Below are positions 39,401-50,757 of a stretch of DNA of 64,000 nt, piece after piece. The notes below the pieces were generated by a model that saw only the letters and a list, made by a program, of their open reading frames with translations, did not search any database and was not told where the DNA came from. Source of the stretch: Macrostomum lignano (lineage: Eukaryota); the NCBI GenBank assembly GCA_002269645.1, contig NIVC01001770.1, forward strand, positions 96,777-160,776, written 5' to 3'. A program made the translations under genes and the position numbers. Each line of letters starts with the position of its first letter. The stretch's first letter is position 1.

Positions 39401-40341
39401 TCACGGGGAATCGCAAAACTACTCAGGGGAATCGCAAAACTACTCAGGGGAATCGCTAAACTACTCACGGGGAATCGCTAAACTACTCAGGGGAATCACC
39501 AAACTACTCACGGGGAATCGCAAAACTACTCAGGGGAATCGCTAAACTACTCACGGGGAATCGCTAAACTACTCACGGGGAATCGCTAAACTACCCAGGG
39601 GAATCGCTAAACTAGTGATAGCATACTTGGGATGTGGGGTATCTCACCGCTATCTGTGAGACGATGTCGCCGAAGGCGTAGCGCCAGGGTGGTTACAACT
39701 GAATATTATTGTTAGTATAGGAAGGTGTGTAGGCAGGTAGGTAGGTAGGTAGGTGAATAGATGGGTACGTAGGTAGAAAGTAAGGTAGGTAGGTGGACAG
39801 TTAGGTAGGTAGGTAGGTAGGTAGGTAGGTGGTAAGGTAGGTTGGGTTAGTCAAAAAGAATATTTGAAATGGCCCACCCGAGGCAGCGGATCTGCAGGAA
39901 ATACTCCACTGCTGGCTCATTGATGGCGGATTGTCGCAGCAGCCGGCAGCAGACAGGATGCTCGTGCTGCGCCAACACTATTAAAGTTCCAGTCGCTGAC
40001 GATCTGCTGCTGCTGCTGCTACTGCTGGTACAGTCAATGAAAACAACAGCATAGTTGGCCTTGGCGGCTGGCTGAAGCAGCTGGATAGAGGCAAGTAGAT
40101 TTGTGCGGTCTCGACTGCACGAGGCTGATAGTACACGGCTGCAGTCCAGTCTGGCTAACAGGTGCACCCGATTAGTTGCTAGGCAAGCTAGGTAGATAGA
40201 CGAAGTGTCTGTCTGCTCCATGGTAGCCAGAAGGACCTCAGTGCTGGAATCTCGACCAACCAATTGAAAGCTGGCATCGGCTGGTAGACAACTGCTTGTT
40301 AGCTGGGTCACACTGCCCAGCTGCATGTCCAAAAGCTCCAT
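33440..40341 (-). CDS. GSAP: Gamma-secretase-activating protein (GSAP/pigeon)-like, 8 coding exons, 870 aa
   Basis: Exons (minus) 40341-39878, 39066-38601, 38039-37596, 37160-36972, 36462-36292, 35791-35372, 34398-34204, 33703-33440; phases 2,0,0,0,0,0,0 all match, total 2613 nt; intron 2 is GC-AG (AAG|GCAAGT); AATAAA at 33298-33293. Colinear resemblance to recalled human GSAP blocks: RVLSASCSRDRTNLLASI ~ QVFSCSVNSERTLLAASL; VVKKHVICCQYCPVNRSLFLL ~ IAEDFVWAQWDMSEQRLYYI; FKVFIL ~ YSVFYI; MPVPAGLQLALTCL ~ LPLPPGFHTLHTIL; LKNHLLARLP ~ LKFSIIVRLP. The gene structure is solid; the identity is from memory, not a search. An alternative start micro-exon (ATGTTTGTCGAG|gt, 41282-41271) is possible. Confidence 0.75.
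33713..34180. repeat. Compound 12-bp (GACAGCGTCACC) + 15-bp (AACAACACTGTCACA) array filling almost all of GSAP intron 7
   Basis: The intron is 33704-34203; only about 30 nt of it are non-repeat. Confidence 0.95.
34640..35345. repeat. CTACCTACACCTCT-type minisatellite in GSAP intron 6
   Basis: Read directly from sequence. Confidence 0.93.
36595..36908 (+). mobile_element. tRNA-derived SINE (family A) with a CORE-like central domain, in GSAP intron 4
   Basis: A box TAGTGGTTAGAG 36606-36617, B box GGTTCGATTC 36645-36654, central GAGCAAGACACTTAACTC...CAGTTCACCAGCTGTAAAATGGG 36684-36734, AAT/ATT tail; second copy inverted at 47170-47455. Confidence 0.8.
37205..37590. repeat. 28-bp minisatellite in GSAP intron 3
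   Basis: Unit GGATCTGGGAGGCTGGCCCAGCAACTAA, containing the hairpin GCTGG-C-CCAGC. Confidence 0.95.
38090..38520. repeat. Degenerate AAGACACCTC-type array in GSAP intron 2 (the GC-AG intron)
   Basis: Read directly from sequence. Confidence 0.88.
39105..39845. repeat. 21-bp minisatellite (39105-39610) plus (AGGT)n tract (39720-39845) in GSAP intron 1
   Basis: Unit GGGGAATCGCTAAACTACTCA; AGGT microsatellite. Confidence 0.93.
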
Positions 40342-41805
40342 GGACAGCAAGAATTATTTGAGCAAAAATAATCAGAGTGCAAGAAAAATCAGTAAAATAC
40401 TACTTTTTTGATTAAGTAATCAAATTTATAGAGAAAATAAGAATTAATATAATAGCTATTTAAAAATTAGTATAAATGATTGGTAGCTAAGCACCAAAGT
40501 TATATGATTAAATCATTACAATTATAAAGAGTTAAGTATGAGTAAAACAATGATGTTTTATTTTTTTAAATATAATTAGTTGACTAACATTAGCAATATC
40601 AAAGACCAAAACAGTACTGTGTTGTATTTTATGCCTGTATGTCACTGAAAATAGGCTTGAGGTATCAGAAGTAGTGTATTTTGCCTCTAAAATAAGCTAT
40701 AAGGAAATTATGCAAACAAAAGATACCTAACAGTGAGTAAAAGCAACTAAAACTTAGCTTGTTTTTTGTTCAAAAACATGAGCAATAAACAATACAGTCC
40801 AGTCATACAAGTATTTTAAATACTGCTTAACAATTGAAATTTTTTTATTAACAAAGGCTTCTCCTCTTCTCAATGTAACCCTTTTAAATAATAAAATGAA
40901 GTTTTTTAGTTTTCTAGCAAAAAACACTACTTTTACATTTAACAATGAATGTAGACCTACTAAAACATGATTCACAAAAAGATAGTATCTAAAGCGTCTA
41001 ATTCATCACAATTAGTCTTATTGTATTCATTGCATGCATCATTTATATCTTTTTGTTGACTATTTTTGACAGAAACGGTACTACTATCATCTTAACTCGA
41101 AAGCCAAAATTAGTTCGGTGCTTTGAATTTAAAACACTGCATTGACTCATTGATTAGTTTAACAAAGTAGCGAATGAACAGAATACAAAAGTGAAATTAG
41201 GAATTTGTTCATTTATGTTAGAAAGGTTTTTAAAAGGTTTTTATTAGATTTATTAGTTTAGAGCAGTGACCTCGACAAACATGGTGGTGGTGGTTGTATT
41301 ATACACTTACACTACTTACACGTGAGCTGGAGTTAGTTCAAGTCATATGCTGCGTACTTGGCACTTATACCAATACGGCGGCTTTCAGTGTGGCTCGTAT
41401 AGTAGGAATCGCCCTAGGAAAAATCGAAGTAAACATTTATCATATATCAATTTTATAGCCCTAGGCCTTTTTTAGCCTAGGCCTATGCTATGCCTTCTGA
41501 CTAGATAGGCCCCTAGGCCTAATGCTGATGCAAAGCCTAGGCCTAACCCTATACTATACTGGCTGGCTAGGTCTATATTATAGGTTATATAGGCCTAACC
41601 TAGCCCAGACGTTGTAGGCCTACTATCACACAATGGGATTTTTAAGCAAAATTTTGACTAGACCTAAAACCTTTTAAATATGATCAATACTCCAATTTTT
41701 TAAATTTTTAAATTTAGTTTGAGATATTCTAGTATGCAATCAAAATTATCTAGATTATGAGTTGAAGCAATATAAAGGCATAAGGCCAAAGTCAAAGGCT
41801 TAGGC

Positions 41806-42870
41806 CAGGGGTTGGCAACTTTTTTGCACTTGAGGGCCAGATGAGATTTTTAGTTTAAGACCATAGGCCACAGGTTGCCCCCTCAATTATTCCGTCCCTT
41901 CTTGATTGCTCTGCCCCCCCCTCATTAGGTCTTTACCCTCTAGAATCCGCCCCTTGGGCTTGGGTCTTTACCTTCAAGAATCCGCTCCTTGGGTCTTTGT
42001 CTTTATCCTCTAGAATCTACCATCCAGAAAGACCCGGTTACTTTCTAGGGTCTTTACCCTCCAGAATCTGCCCCCTGGGTCTTTCTCCAGAATCTGTTCT
42101 CCTGGGTCTTTACCCTCCAGAATCTGCCCCCTGGGTCTTTCTCCAGAATCTGCTCTCCTGGGTCTTTACCCTCCAGAATCTGCCCCCTGGGTCTTTCTCC
42201 AGAATCTGTTCTCCTGGGTCTTTACCCTCTAGAATCTGCCCCCTGGGTCTTTCTCCAGAATCTGTTCTCCTGGGTCTTTACCCTCTAGAATCTGCCCCCT
42301 GGGTCTTTCTCCAGAATCTGCTCTCCTGGGTCTTTACCCTCCAGAATCTGCCCCCTGGGTCTTTCTCCAGAATCTGCTCTCCTGGGTCTTTACCCTCCAG
42401 AATCTGCCCCCTGGGTCTTTCTCCAGAATCTGCTCTCCTGGGTCTTTATCCTCCAGAATCTGCCCCCTGGTCTTTCTCTAGAATCTGCTCTCCTGGGTCT
42501 TTACCCTCCAGAATCTGCCCCCTGGGTCTTTCTCCAGAATCTGCTCTCTTGGGTCTTTACCCTCTAGAATCTGCCCCTTGGGTCTTTCTCCAGAATCTGC
42601 TCTCCTGGGTCTTTACCCTCTGGAATCTGCTCTCTGGTTCTTTAGTACATTACTATATTTGTACCCCTCCCTATTATTTGTCATTAAAGTTGGCAATTGA
42701 GAAAAGAAATTCCCCATTTTTAGTGCACAAAACTTTTGTGGATGAAACAATGCAGTTACAATAAAGGTGCAGGCCAGATTATAGTAATGAAGATAAAGGA
42801 AGTTTGCAGGCCACATAGAAAGTCTTTGCAGGCTGGATCTGGCCCGCAGGCTGGAGGTTGCTGACCCTTG
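41806..42870. mobile_element. Non-autonomous hAT (Charlie/Buster-like) DNA transposon, 1065 bp, with an internal minisatellite
   Basis: TIRs CAGGGGTTGGCAAC (41806-41819) and GTTGCTGACCCTTG (42857-42870), 11/14 match; exact 8-bp TSD GCTTAGGC at 41798-41805 and 42871-42878; subterminal GGATCTGGCCCGCAGG; no transposase. Confidence 0.88.
41935..42640. repeat. 56-bp dimeric minisatellite (26+30 bp) inside the hAT element
   Basis: CCAGAATCTGCCCCCTGGGTCTTTCT + CCAGAATCTGCTCTCCTGGGTCTTTACCCT. Confidence 0.95.
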
Positions 42871-43403
42871 GCTTAGGCCAACTTTATTTATCTAAACTGA
42901 TTATATTTTTTATATGTTATTAATACTTTGTTTTGGCTATTATAGCTAGCCAAGGGTCAAATTGTGCCAGATAATTATTTTAATGTGCCTGAAAAATACA
43001 AGTAGCAAATGTGCCAAAAATGGATATAAAATAACCCCAAAGGCTTAAATATCTCCCTTTGCATTGAAAGCCCTACATAGGCCTACTATCTTTGGCCCAC
43101 AATGTCAACAGTTACATAGCATCAAAAATTTACTGAAGTCCCTAACCCTAAAACTTAAGTGAAGAGTTCTCCTTGTTTTAAAATTGGCAATATTTATTTT
43201 TATTAGCCTACCCCTAACCCTCATATATCAAATCAATAGTTCCAATTATCCAATGAAATGATCATTCAAGTCTTAGTTTTCTAAGATTCTTGCAGTCTAA
43301 TTAATCTGAATTTATAGCATTTAAATTATCCACAAATTAATTTATAACCTTCCAGAAACTTCTATACAATATAATAAATAGCTAATCATAGCCATAGCAG
43401 CAG

Positions 43404-46153
43404 ATGGAACAGCCACAACAGCAGATGGAACTGCCACAACAGCAGATGGAACAGCCACAACAACAGATGGAACAGCCACAACAGCAGATGGAACAGCCAC
43501 AACAACAGATGGAACAGCCACAACAGCAGATGGAACAGCCACAACAACAGATGGAACAGCCACAACAGCAGATGGAACAGCCACAACAACAGATGGAACA
43601 GCCAAAACAACAGATGGAACAGCCACAACAACAGATGGAACAGCCACAACAACAGATGGAACAGCCACAACAACAGATGGAACAAGCAAGCAATCGCTTA
43701 GGCCAGTGCCAGCGCTGCAACACTTGGGCAGCTCGATACACCTGCCCAGGCTGCCTTGAGCACACCTGTTCTCTAACCTGTTCAACAGCTCACAAAGTTG
43801 CCACCGGGTGCAGCGGCAAGCGCGATCCCACAGAGTTTGTACCATTGAAAAGCTTCACAGATGCCAATCTATTAAGCGACTATCGATTCCTGGAGTCTGT
43901 CGATCACAGCCTAGACCGAGTGATGCGGTTGCGGCAGTCGCTGTGCACTCCTGTTGGCGGCGGTGGCAGCGGAGCCCGCGGACCCAGCAAGCAGCAGCGA
44001 GAGCTTCAGGTAAAAATGATATTGATATTAATTCCGATATTTTAATTATCCAAGGGTCCTCAAATTCTTCTATAGATAGATAGATAATAGATAGATTGAT
44101 AGATAGAAACAATAGATATACAGACAGACAGACAGGCAGACTATCACAGACAGATAGGCAGACTATCACATAGACAGACAGGCAGACTGTCACACAGACA
44201 GGCAGACTATCACACAGGCAGACTGTCACACAGACAGGCAGACTGTCACACAGACAGGCAGACTATCACACAGGCAGACTGTCACACAGACAGGCAGACT
44301 ATCACACAGGCAGACTATCACACAGGCTGACTGTCACACAGACGACTGTCACACAGACAGACAGACTGTCACACAGACAGGCTGACTGTGACTGTCACAC
44401 AGACAGGCTGACTGTCACACAGACAGGCAGACTGTCACACAGACAGGCAGACTGTCACACAGACAGGCAGACTATCACACAGGCAGACTGTCACACAGAC
44501 AGGCAGACTGTGTGATAGATGCAATAAATGTATATAGCATGCACGATAAGCAATTATTTAGGCCCTAGACAAACCTACTTGGAGCGTTCGGAGATTTTAA
44601 AGCTATTGGCCCTAATCGCCTATCGCCGGTCGGCGAGTCCTACCAGTCTTCTTCAACAGCCGCAGGTACAATACAAGAAAAGAAAGAACACGAACCGAAT
44701 AGATTTAGAGAGTGATAATCCTATTTCAAGAATAACTAAACTTGATCGACGGTTTAATTTGACAAGCTATGATAAGTTACAAGGTTCTCAATACGATTCA
44801 CGGCGCAGATAAATTGACACTGATGATAACGAGTAACAACGATACAACGATTAGCGATAATAAATTAATAACGCAACTGGCAAGCGGATCTCAGCTGAGA
44901 AAGAGGAAGAAGAACCGAACACGACCACGGAGAAGACTCCTAACCCCTGGCCTAAACCAGAACCTATACTCAACGAGAGCCCTGCCGAATTGACCGTTCA
45001 ACGGAGCACTGACTAAATTCTATCAGCACTGCCCTTCAGTGTGACACTGAGGCCCTCAGGATTGAGGCCGCGTACTTGATCAGATCCGACAGTCTCTATC
45101 TAAACCGCGCTTGATAGCGACGACGTCAGACAAGGATGCCGAATCGTTACGCTACAAGACTGAAGAGGTCGGGCGGGGAACAAAAATATGGACCGGGGGT
45201 GACGAACTCAAGCGCCTCAAAGCGCGAACCAAAAAGATCGGGCGAACAGCCGGGGAACCGGGACAAAACCAAGAACCGGGGAAAGAAGGCGAGAAAGGGA
45301 AAAAGTGATATCCAATTGCCAAACACACTTTCATATATAGTCAGAGTCAAACCCTCACAACCCCCCCCCCCTCAAGCCGGGTGGTGGTCGTCTGGCCGGC
45401 CGCCCGCTAAGCCGAATTGCACTGTGCCCGCGGCGCCGGGTAGAATTGGAACTTGCCGCGTGCCAGGGTCCAGGCCGGTTCTGATTGGCTGGCCGCGCAA
45501 AGCTGGGGTTCGCAGAAAACTCAACCCTCCGCTGAGTCAGAGAATTGGCGTCTAACTTCTAACCTGTTTACAATTTTAGATTTTAACTAACAAGAACAGT
45601 ACATCAAAAACGCATGACTAAACTAAAGCAAAATAATAATTCAATAACAATAATGCAAAACCTAACTAATAGAATACGCAAAAGATGCTCACACTACAAC
45701 TGTCACACAGATAGGCAGACTGTCACACAGACATACAGGCAGGCTGTCACTAACATGCTAGGCTCCCCGCAACCGCCGCAGGCATTCTGTCGCGCCAGCC
45801 GCGGCATCGAGCTGGTGTTCATGCCGGCCGGCATGTCTCGCAGGCGGTGCAACCGCAGCCACCTCAGGCAGGCCGGCAGGCGCAACAGCCAGTCAGGTTC
45901 GGCGCCCGCAGTCCACTGGACCGTTGAGGCTCGATTTCCAACTGGACGAAAATTTGCCTCCGCTCCGGACACTAGCCGACTGTCCGAGATTTTGCAACGC
46001 TGGCGTCACCTGTGGCCGAGCCAGCAGCCGGACTGCAGCCTGTGCCGGCTTGACCAGGGCGACAAGCTGTGCCCGATAGACTGCAACCAGAGCCTCGCCG
46101 ATCTGCTTCGCGGCACCACCGTAGTTGAATTTCCAGTGTTTGTTATTCGCTAA
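43404..46153 (+). CDS. ZNHIT6: Box C/D snoRNP assembly factor BCD1/ZNHIT6 (zf-HIT), 2 exons, up to 325 aa
   Basis: Exons 43404-44009 (cag|gtaaaa) and 45782-46153 (ccgcag|gca), phase 0. zf-HIT CQRC...YTCPGCLEHTCSLTCSTAHKVATGCSGKRD, then FTDANLLSDYRFLE, GIELVFMPAGMSRRRCNRS and VVEFPVF; AATAAA at 46270-46275. The start could be any of 14 in-frame ATGs in the N-terminal repeat. Confidence 0.88.
44120..44510. repeat. CAGACAGGCAGACTGTCACA-type minisatellite in the BCD1 intron; resumes at 45699-45750 after the insertion
   Basis: The same unit is present on both sides of 44511-45698. Confidence 0.92.
44511..45698. mobile_element. Solo-LTR-like insertion, 1188 bp, in the BCD1 intron minisatellite
   Basis: Starts TGTGAT, ends CTACA; 4-bp TSD ACTG at 44507-44510 and 45699-45702. 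Removing the insert restores AGGCAGACTGTCACACAG, a normal repeat unit. No internal direct repeat or TIR; orientation unresolved. Confidence 0.75.
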
Positions 46154-46286
46154 TCTGTGTGTTTTAAAATAGGCATTTTTTAACTGGCATTTTGTTTCAT
46201 TTGTTTCCGATAAGTGTCCTGTAACAGTTTAAATTCGTGAGCTGTCCTGCGACTGAAGCACAATTATAAAATAAATCATCTTTTTG

Positions 46287-47088
46287 TCACCTTGTTAAAC
46301 CAACAGCTCGCCTTATTGATAGCAATAGCAGACCTTGATTGTTTCTCTGACTTTCCTTGCTTTCCAGGAGCTGCACTCGCTGTTAGACTGCTGTCACCCT
46401 CCTTACACAGAATGCTGTCACCCTCCTAACAGACTGCTGTCACCCTCCTTACACAGAATGCTGTCACCCTCCTAACAGACTGCTGTCACCCTCCTATTAC
46501 AGACTGCTGTCACCCTCCTATTACATACTGCTGTCACCCCCTTACACAGACTGCTGTCACCCTCCTTACCCAGACTGTTGTCACCTTCTTATTACAGACT
46601 GCTGTCACCCTCCTATTATGGACTGCTGTCACCCTCCTATTACTGTCTGCGTTACCATCCTTACACAGACTGCTGTCACCATCTTAACAGACTGCTGTCA
46701 CCATCCTAACAGACTGCTGTCACCATCCTTACGCAGACTGCTGTCACTATCTTAACAGACTGCTGTCACCATCCTAACAGACTGCTGTCACCATCCTTAC
46801 GCAGACTGCTGTCACCCTTCTAATACAGACTGCTGGCCTGTCACCCTCCTAATCCCCATAAAAAATCGTCTTATATTCCTGAGCAAATCTTCAGCAGAAA
46901 AAAGACAGCCATCAGGAGAGTTCGAGCTGTGTGCTCCCCCCCCCTGAGCTAAACTTTTTGCGGCAGAGCTACAAAGTCCCAGCTTGTCAGCTCCGTCAGT
47001 CCGGATTCGCATGAGCTGGCGGCAGCGTTCACTGGCGCGTGCTCTCGCAGCTGTCCTGACTAATTTTACATGTTCAATCAGATGCTGT
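46287..47088 (-). CDS. Candidate last two exons of an unidentified gene, tail-to-tail with BCD1
   Basis: Putative exons 47088-46845 (tttcaacag|a..., QHLIEHVKLVRTAARARASERCRQLMRIR...) and 46379-46287 (RVQLLESKESQRNNQG...TR*), phase-compatible, separated by a minisatellite-filled intron. No recognisable domain, and the donor (agg|gtgaca) resembles the repeat unit. Confidence 0.3.
46385..46815. repeat. 21-24-bp minisatellite (CAGACTGCTGTCACCCTCCTA-type)
   Basis: Read directly from sequence. Confidence 0.92.
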
Positions 47089-47169
47089 CTGTTGAAAGAC
47101 AAAAGAAGCCAGGTCGAGCATGTACTTTTAATTTAGTGGAGTGGTCTAATAAAATAGACTGCTAATAGC

Positions 47170-47455
47170 TAATAATAAAATGATAATAATTGATTAAACC
47201 TGCCCCAATAGGCAGATGTGTAGCCGAAAGCTCAGCCGCAGCTATTGCGAGGCGCATCTGAAGGCTGCGTACGGCTGTTCAGTCCAAGGACTGGGGGGGG
47301 GGTCGCCACACACATCCTAAATTACCCTACCTAATGCTGGCGCCCATTTTAAGTTAAGTGTCTTGCTCAAGGACATAAATTGTTCCAGTGGGATCGGGAA
47401 TCGAACCCCCGACCTCAAGGTCATGGTCCGACGCTCTATAACCACTTAGGCTACA
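47170..47455 (-). mobile_element. tRNA-derived SINE (family A), inverted copy with an internal deletion
   Basis: Reverse complement of 36595-36908 (for example GCATCTGAAGGCTGCGTACGGCTGTTCAGTCCAAGGACTGGGGG; GAATCGAACC at 47398-47407); lacks about 26 nt of the central domain. Confidence 0.8.
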
Positions 47456-48154
47456 ACAACTAAAAAGCAACAAAGCTCCGGTTTACTTCATGCAGTTACG
47501 TGAAGCAACAAAACATCAAAATGCCTTGTCCAGATGCGCGCAACAAAAATGGTAAAGGTAAATGGCTCATTTGATGGCGGTGTGAAAAAGTCTTTACTGT
47601 TTGCGATCGAATATTGACTGAACGTCATACTCGAACCAATCTTCCTGCCAGCCCCCAACCGAAAATTCGCGCTTATGGCAGCATCCTGAAGACTAAGAAA
47701 CAAGATTGCGTCTTTTGGCCACGCGGAAGTTTCCTCAAACTCAAATTGGAGAAAGAGAGATTCTTAATTTTTAATCCTGTCCCAAATTTGTCTCAGCAAG
47801 CACATGCACACGAGTATGAAGGAAAAAGGGAATGTCGAAAGAGTGAGAGAGAATTGAGGAAAGCCAAGGCTTAGCTACAATTTAATGACTTGTTGCTCGC
47901 GTGTACCGCGCCCAACCCCCCACCGCGAGACGGATAAGCAAAGGTTCTTTCTTTGCATGCACAGAAAAGTTTTTCCTTCTTGTGTCCCTGTCTTCCTTCC
48001 CGCCTGTTGCAGCAGCGAACAGAATGGCTGGCTGCTTGGTTTTTTCATTGGCATTTCCTATATAAACTGCGCACGCGCACGTGAAACGTTGCTGCATCTC
48101 ATTTCCGCTTGATCTAACCATGGATTCTGTGAGCTTAATTATAACTTCTATGTC

Positions 48155-48169
48155 GTTGCCATGGGTAAC
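48155..48169. promoter_or_regulatory. RFX X-box-like motif in a putative promoter region
   Basis: GTTGCC-ATG-GGTAAC fits GTNRCC-N(0-3)-RGYAAC; GCGCACGCGCAC and TATATAAA lie within about 100 nt. Confidence 0.4.
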
Positions 48170-48381
48170 CGCGCTGGAAGCCAGGGATCTTTGTTTTTCC
48201 TTGCATCTGTGAAAACGTACGTCAATTCTTCAATTCAGCGCGTGCTTTTTCCGGTACAGTGCAACTGAAATATGAATGTGAATATCATGCAACTCTGACT
48301 GGCATTACAGGTGTCAATCAAAATGGCATTATTCCGTGTCAGAATGCAAGTAACTTGCTTTGAGTAACAAGTAGAGAAAGT

Positions 48382-48382
<1 letters not shown>

Positions 48383-48427
<45 letters not shown>

Positions 48428-48428
48428 C

Positions 48429-48484
<56 letters not shown>

Positions 48485-49330
48485 TTCTTAGTGTCTGTCC
48501 GTCTGTCTGTCTGTCTGTCTGTCTGTCTGTATTAGTGTCTGTCTTAGTGACTGTCTGTCTGTCTGTCTGTCTGTCTTAGTGTCTGTATTAATGTCTGTCT
48601 TAGTGTCTGTCTGTCTGTCTGTCTTAGTGTCTGTCTGTCTGTCTGTCTTAGTGTCTGTATTAGTGTCTGTCTTAGTGTCTGTCTTAGTGTCTGTCTGTCT
48701 GTCTGTCTTAGTGTCTGTATTAGTGTCTGTCTTAGTGTCTGTCTGTCTGTCTGTCTTAGTGTCTGTCTTAGTGTCTTAGTGTCTGTCTGTCTTAGTGACT
48801 GTCTGTCTGTCTCTCTGTCTTAGTGTCTGTCTTAGTGACTGTCGTCTGTCTTAGTGACTGTCTGTCTGTCTGTCTGTCTTAGTGTCTGTCCGTCTTTCTG
48901 TCTGTCTGTTTGTCTGTATTAGTGTCTGTCTTAGTGACTGTCTGTCTGTCTGTCTTTCTTAGTGTCTGTCCGTCTGTCCGTCTGTCTGTCTGTCTGTCTG
49001 TATTAGTGTCTGTCTTAGTGACTGTCTGTCTGTCTGTCTGTCTGTCTTAGTGTCTGTATTAGTGTCTGTCTTAGTGTCTGTCTGTCTGTCTGTCTTAGTG
49101 TCTGTATTAGTGTCTGTCTTAGTGTCTGTCTGTCTGTCTGTCTTAGTGTCTGTATTAGTGTCTGTCTTAGTGTCTGTCTGTCTGTCTGTATTAGTGTCTG
49201 TCTTAGTGACTGTCTGTCTTTCTGTCTGTCTGTCTTAGTGTCTGTCTGTCTGTCTGTATTAGTGTCTGTCTTAGTGACTGTCTGTCTGTCTGTCTGTCTT
49301 AGTGTCTGTCTTAGTGTCTGTCTTAGTGAA

Positions 49331-49363
<33 letters not shown>

Positions 49364-49406
49364 TAGTGACTGTCTGTCTGTGTGTCTGTCTGTCTGTCTG
49401 TCTGTG

Positions 49407-49466
<60 letters not shown>

Positions 49467-49470
49467 AGAC
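48383..49470. repeat. Compound (TGTC)n / TCTTAGTGTCTG satellite, reverse complement of 30042-30740
   Basis: Read directly from sequence. Confidence 0.95.
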
Positions 49471-50757
49471 TATCTGCCTGCCTGTGTCAATAATTCCGGT
49501 GCCAGTCAAACAATTGCTAATTATGCGAGTAGCTATTTACGCATTTGTTTACTTGCTGGGGAAAATCTTCAGTAAATTATAATGTGGTTTATGGAGTAAA
49601 AGCACTTACAGGCAAGCATGTTTATTCTCACTATAGTGCCTGCACTCACACCGTGAATCCGATATCGAGTGAAGAGCCATGTGACGAGCAGCTTCACAAC
49701 CATATTTCTCGACCGAAATTAGTGCTGGGATTCGAGACCATCTCAAAAATAAGTCGATTTTTTTTCGATTTTCCGTGAGCTGTAGCGGCAAAATGCAATT
49801 AACACACCGATTGCAGTAAGCAAATACCAGTCTAAGTTCATAGTGCTTCAGCTTAATTGAACTCAACATGAAGAATATGATTGACAGTTTTCTCCTGTTT
49901 ATAACATGCAACACCGCCCCCCCCCCTTTTTGAGTGTTCTGTCGAGTTGAGTCCTTTTTAGTTTCAGTCTCGCGGTTTGTTTATTGTCTTCAAGCCTTTG
50001 ATCCTACTATATAGCAGCCTCTTTAATGGGATCTTTTTACAACTCTGTAAGTAAAAAATATATTCTTCCTATCGGCCTTTTTAAAACGGCTTATATAAAC
50101 TTGTAAAGACCTTCTCACGGGCCCATTCATACGAGCGTAGTGTACCTTTATTTATGAATCAATATACACGCAGTCTTCAGCTTTCATTTTCATCCCAGAC
50201 TGCTCTCGCCCCTTAACAGTTAATCCAACTGTTATTTTTAAAGTGCATAGTTCCATTTAGAGATTTTGGAATTTTGTGAACAAGTCAATCGCAGCGACAC
50301 AGCACGCCTTGCAGCTTTACAAGCTTGAAATCTTATCTGACTGGCCCGCTCTTTTATGCTATTGTGCAAAATGTTGTCGTACTTCTGGTATTAGGTGACA
50401 ATTAGGGTGTGTCAGGTGAGACAATTAGGGTGCAGTGTCAGGTGAGACAATTAGGGTGTGTCTGTCAGGTGAGGCAATTAGGGTGCAGTGTCAGGTGAGA
50501 CAATTAGGGTGTGTCAGGTGAGAAAATTAGGGTGTCAGGTGAGACAATTAGGGTGCAGTGTCAGGTGAGACAATTAGGGTGTAGTGTCAGGTGAGAAAAT
50601 TAGGGTGCAGTTTCAGGTGAGACAATTAGGGTGCAGTGTCAGGTGAGAAAATTAGGGTGCAGTGTCAGGTGAGACAATTAGGGTGCAGTGTCAGGTGAGA
50701 CAATTAGGGTGTGTCAGGTGAGACAATTAGGGTGTGTCTGTCAGGTGAGACAATTAG

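Noticed and set aside
45155-45210. CTGAAGA...GAA, a possible hammerhead ribozyme core in the solo LTR
   Set aside because: I could not build stems I-III or a GAAA/NUH junction.
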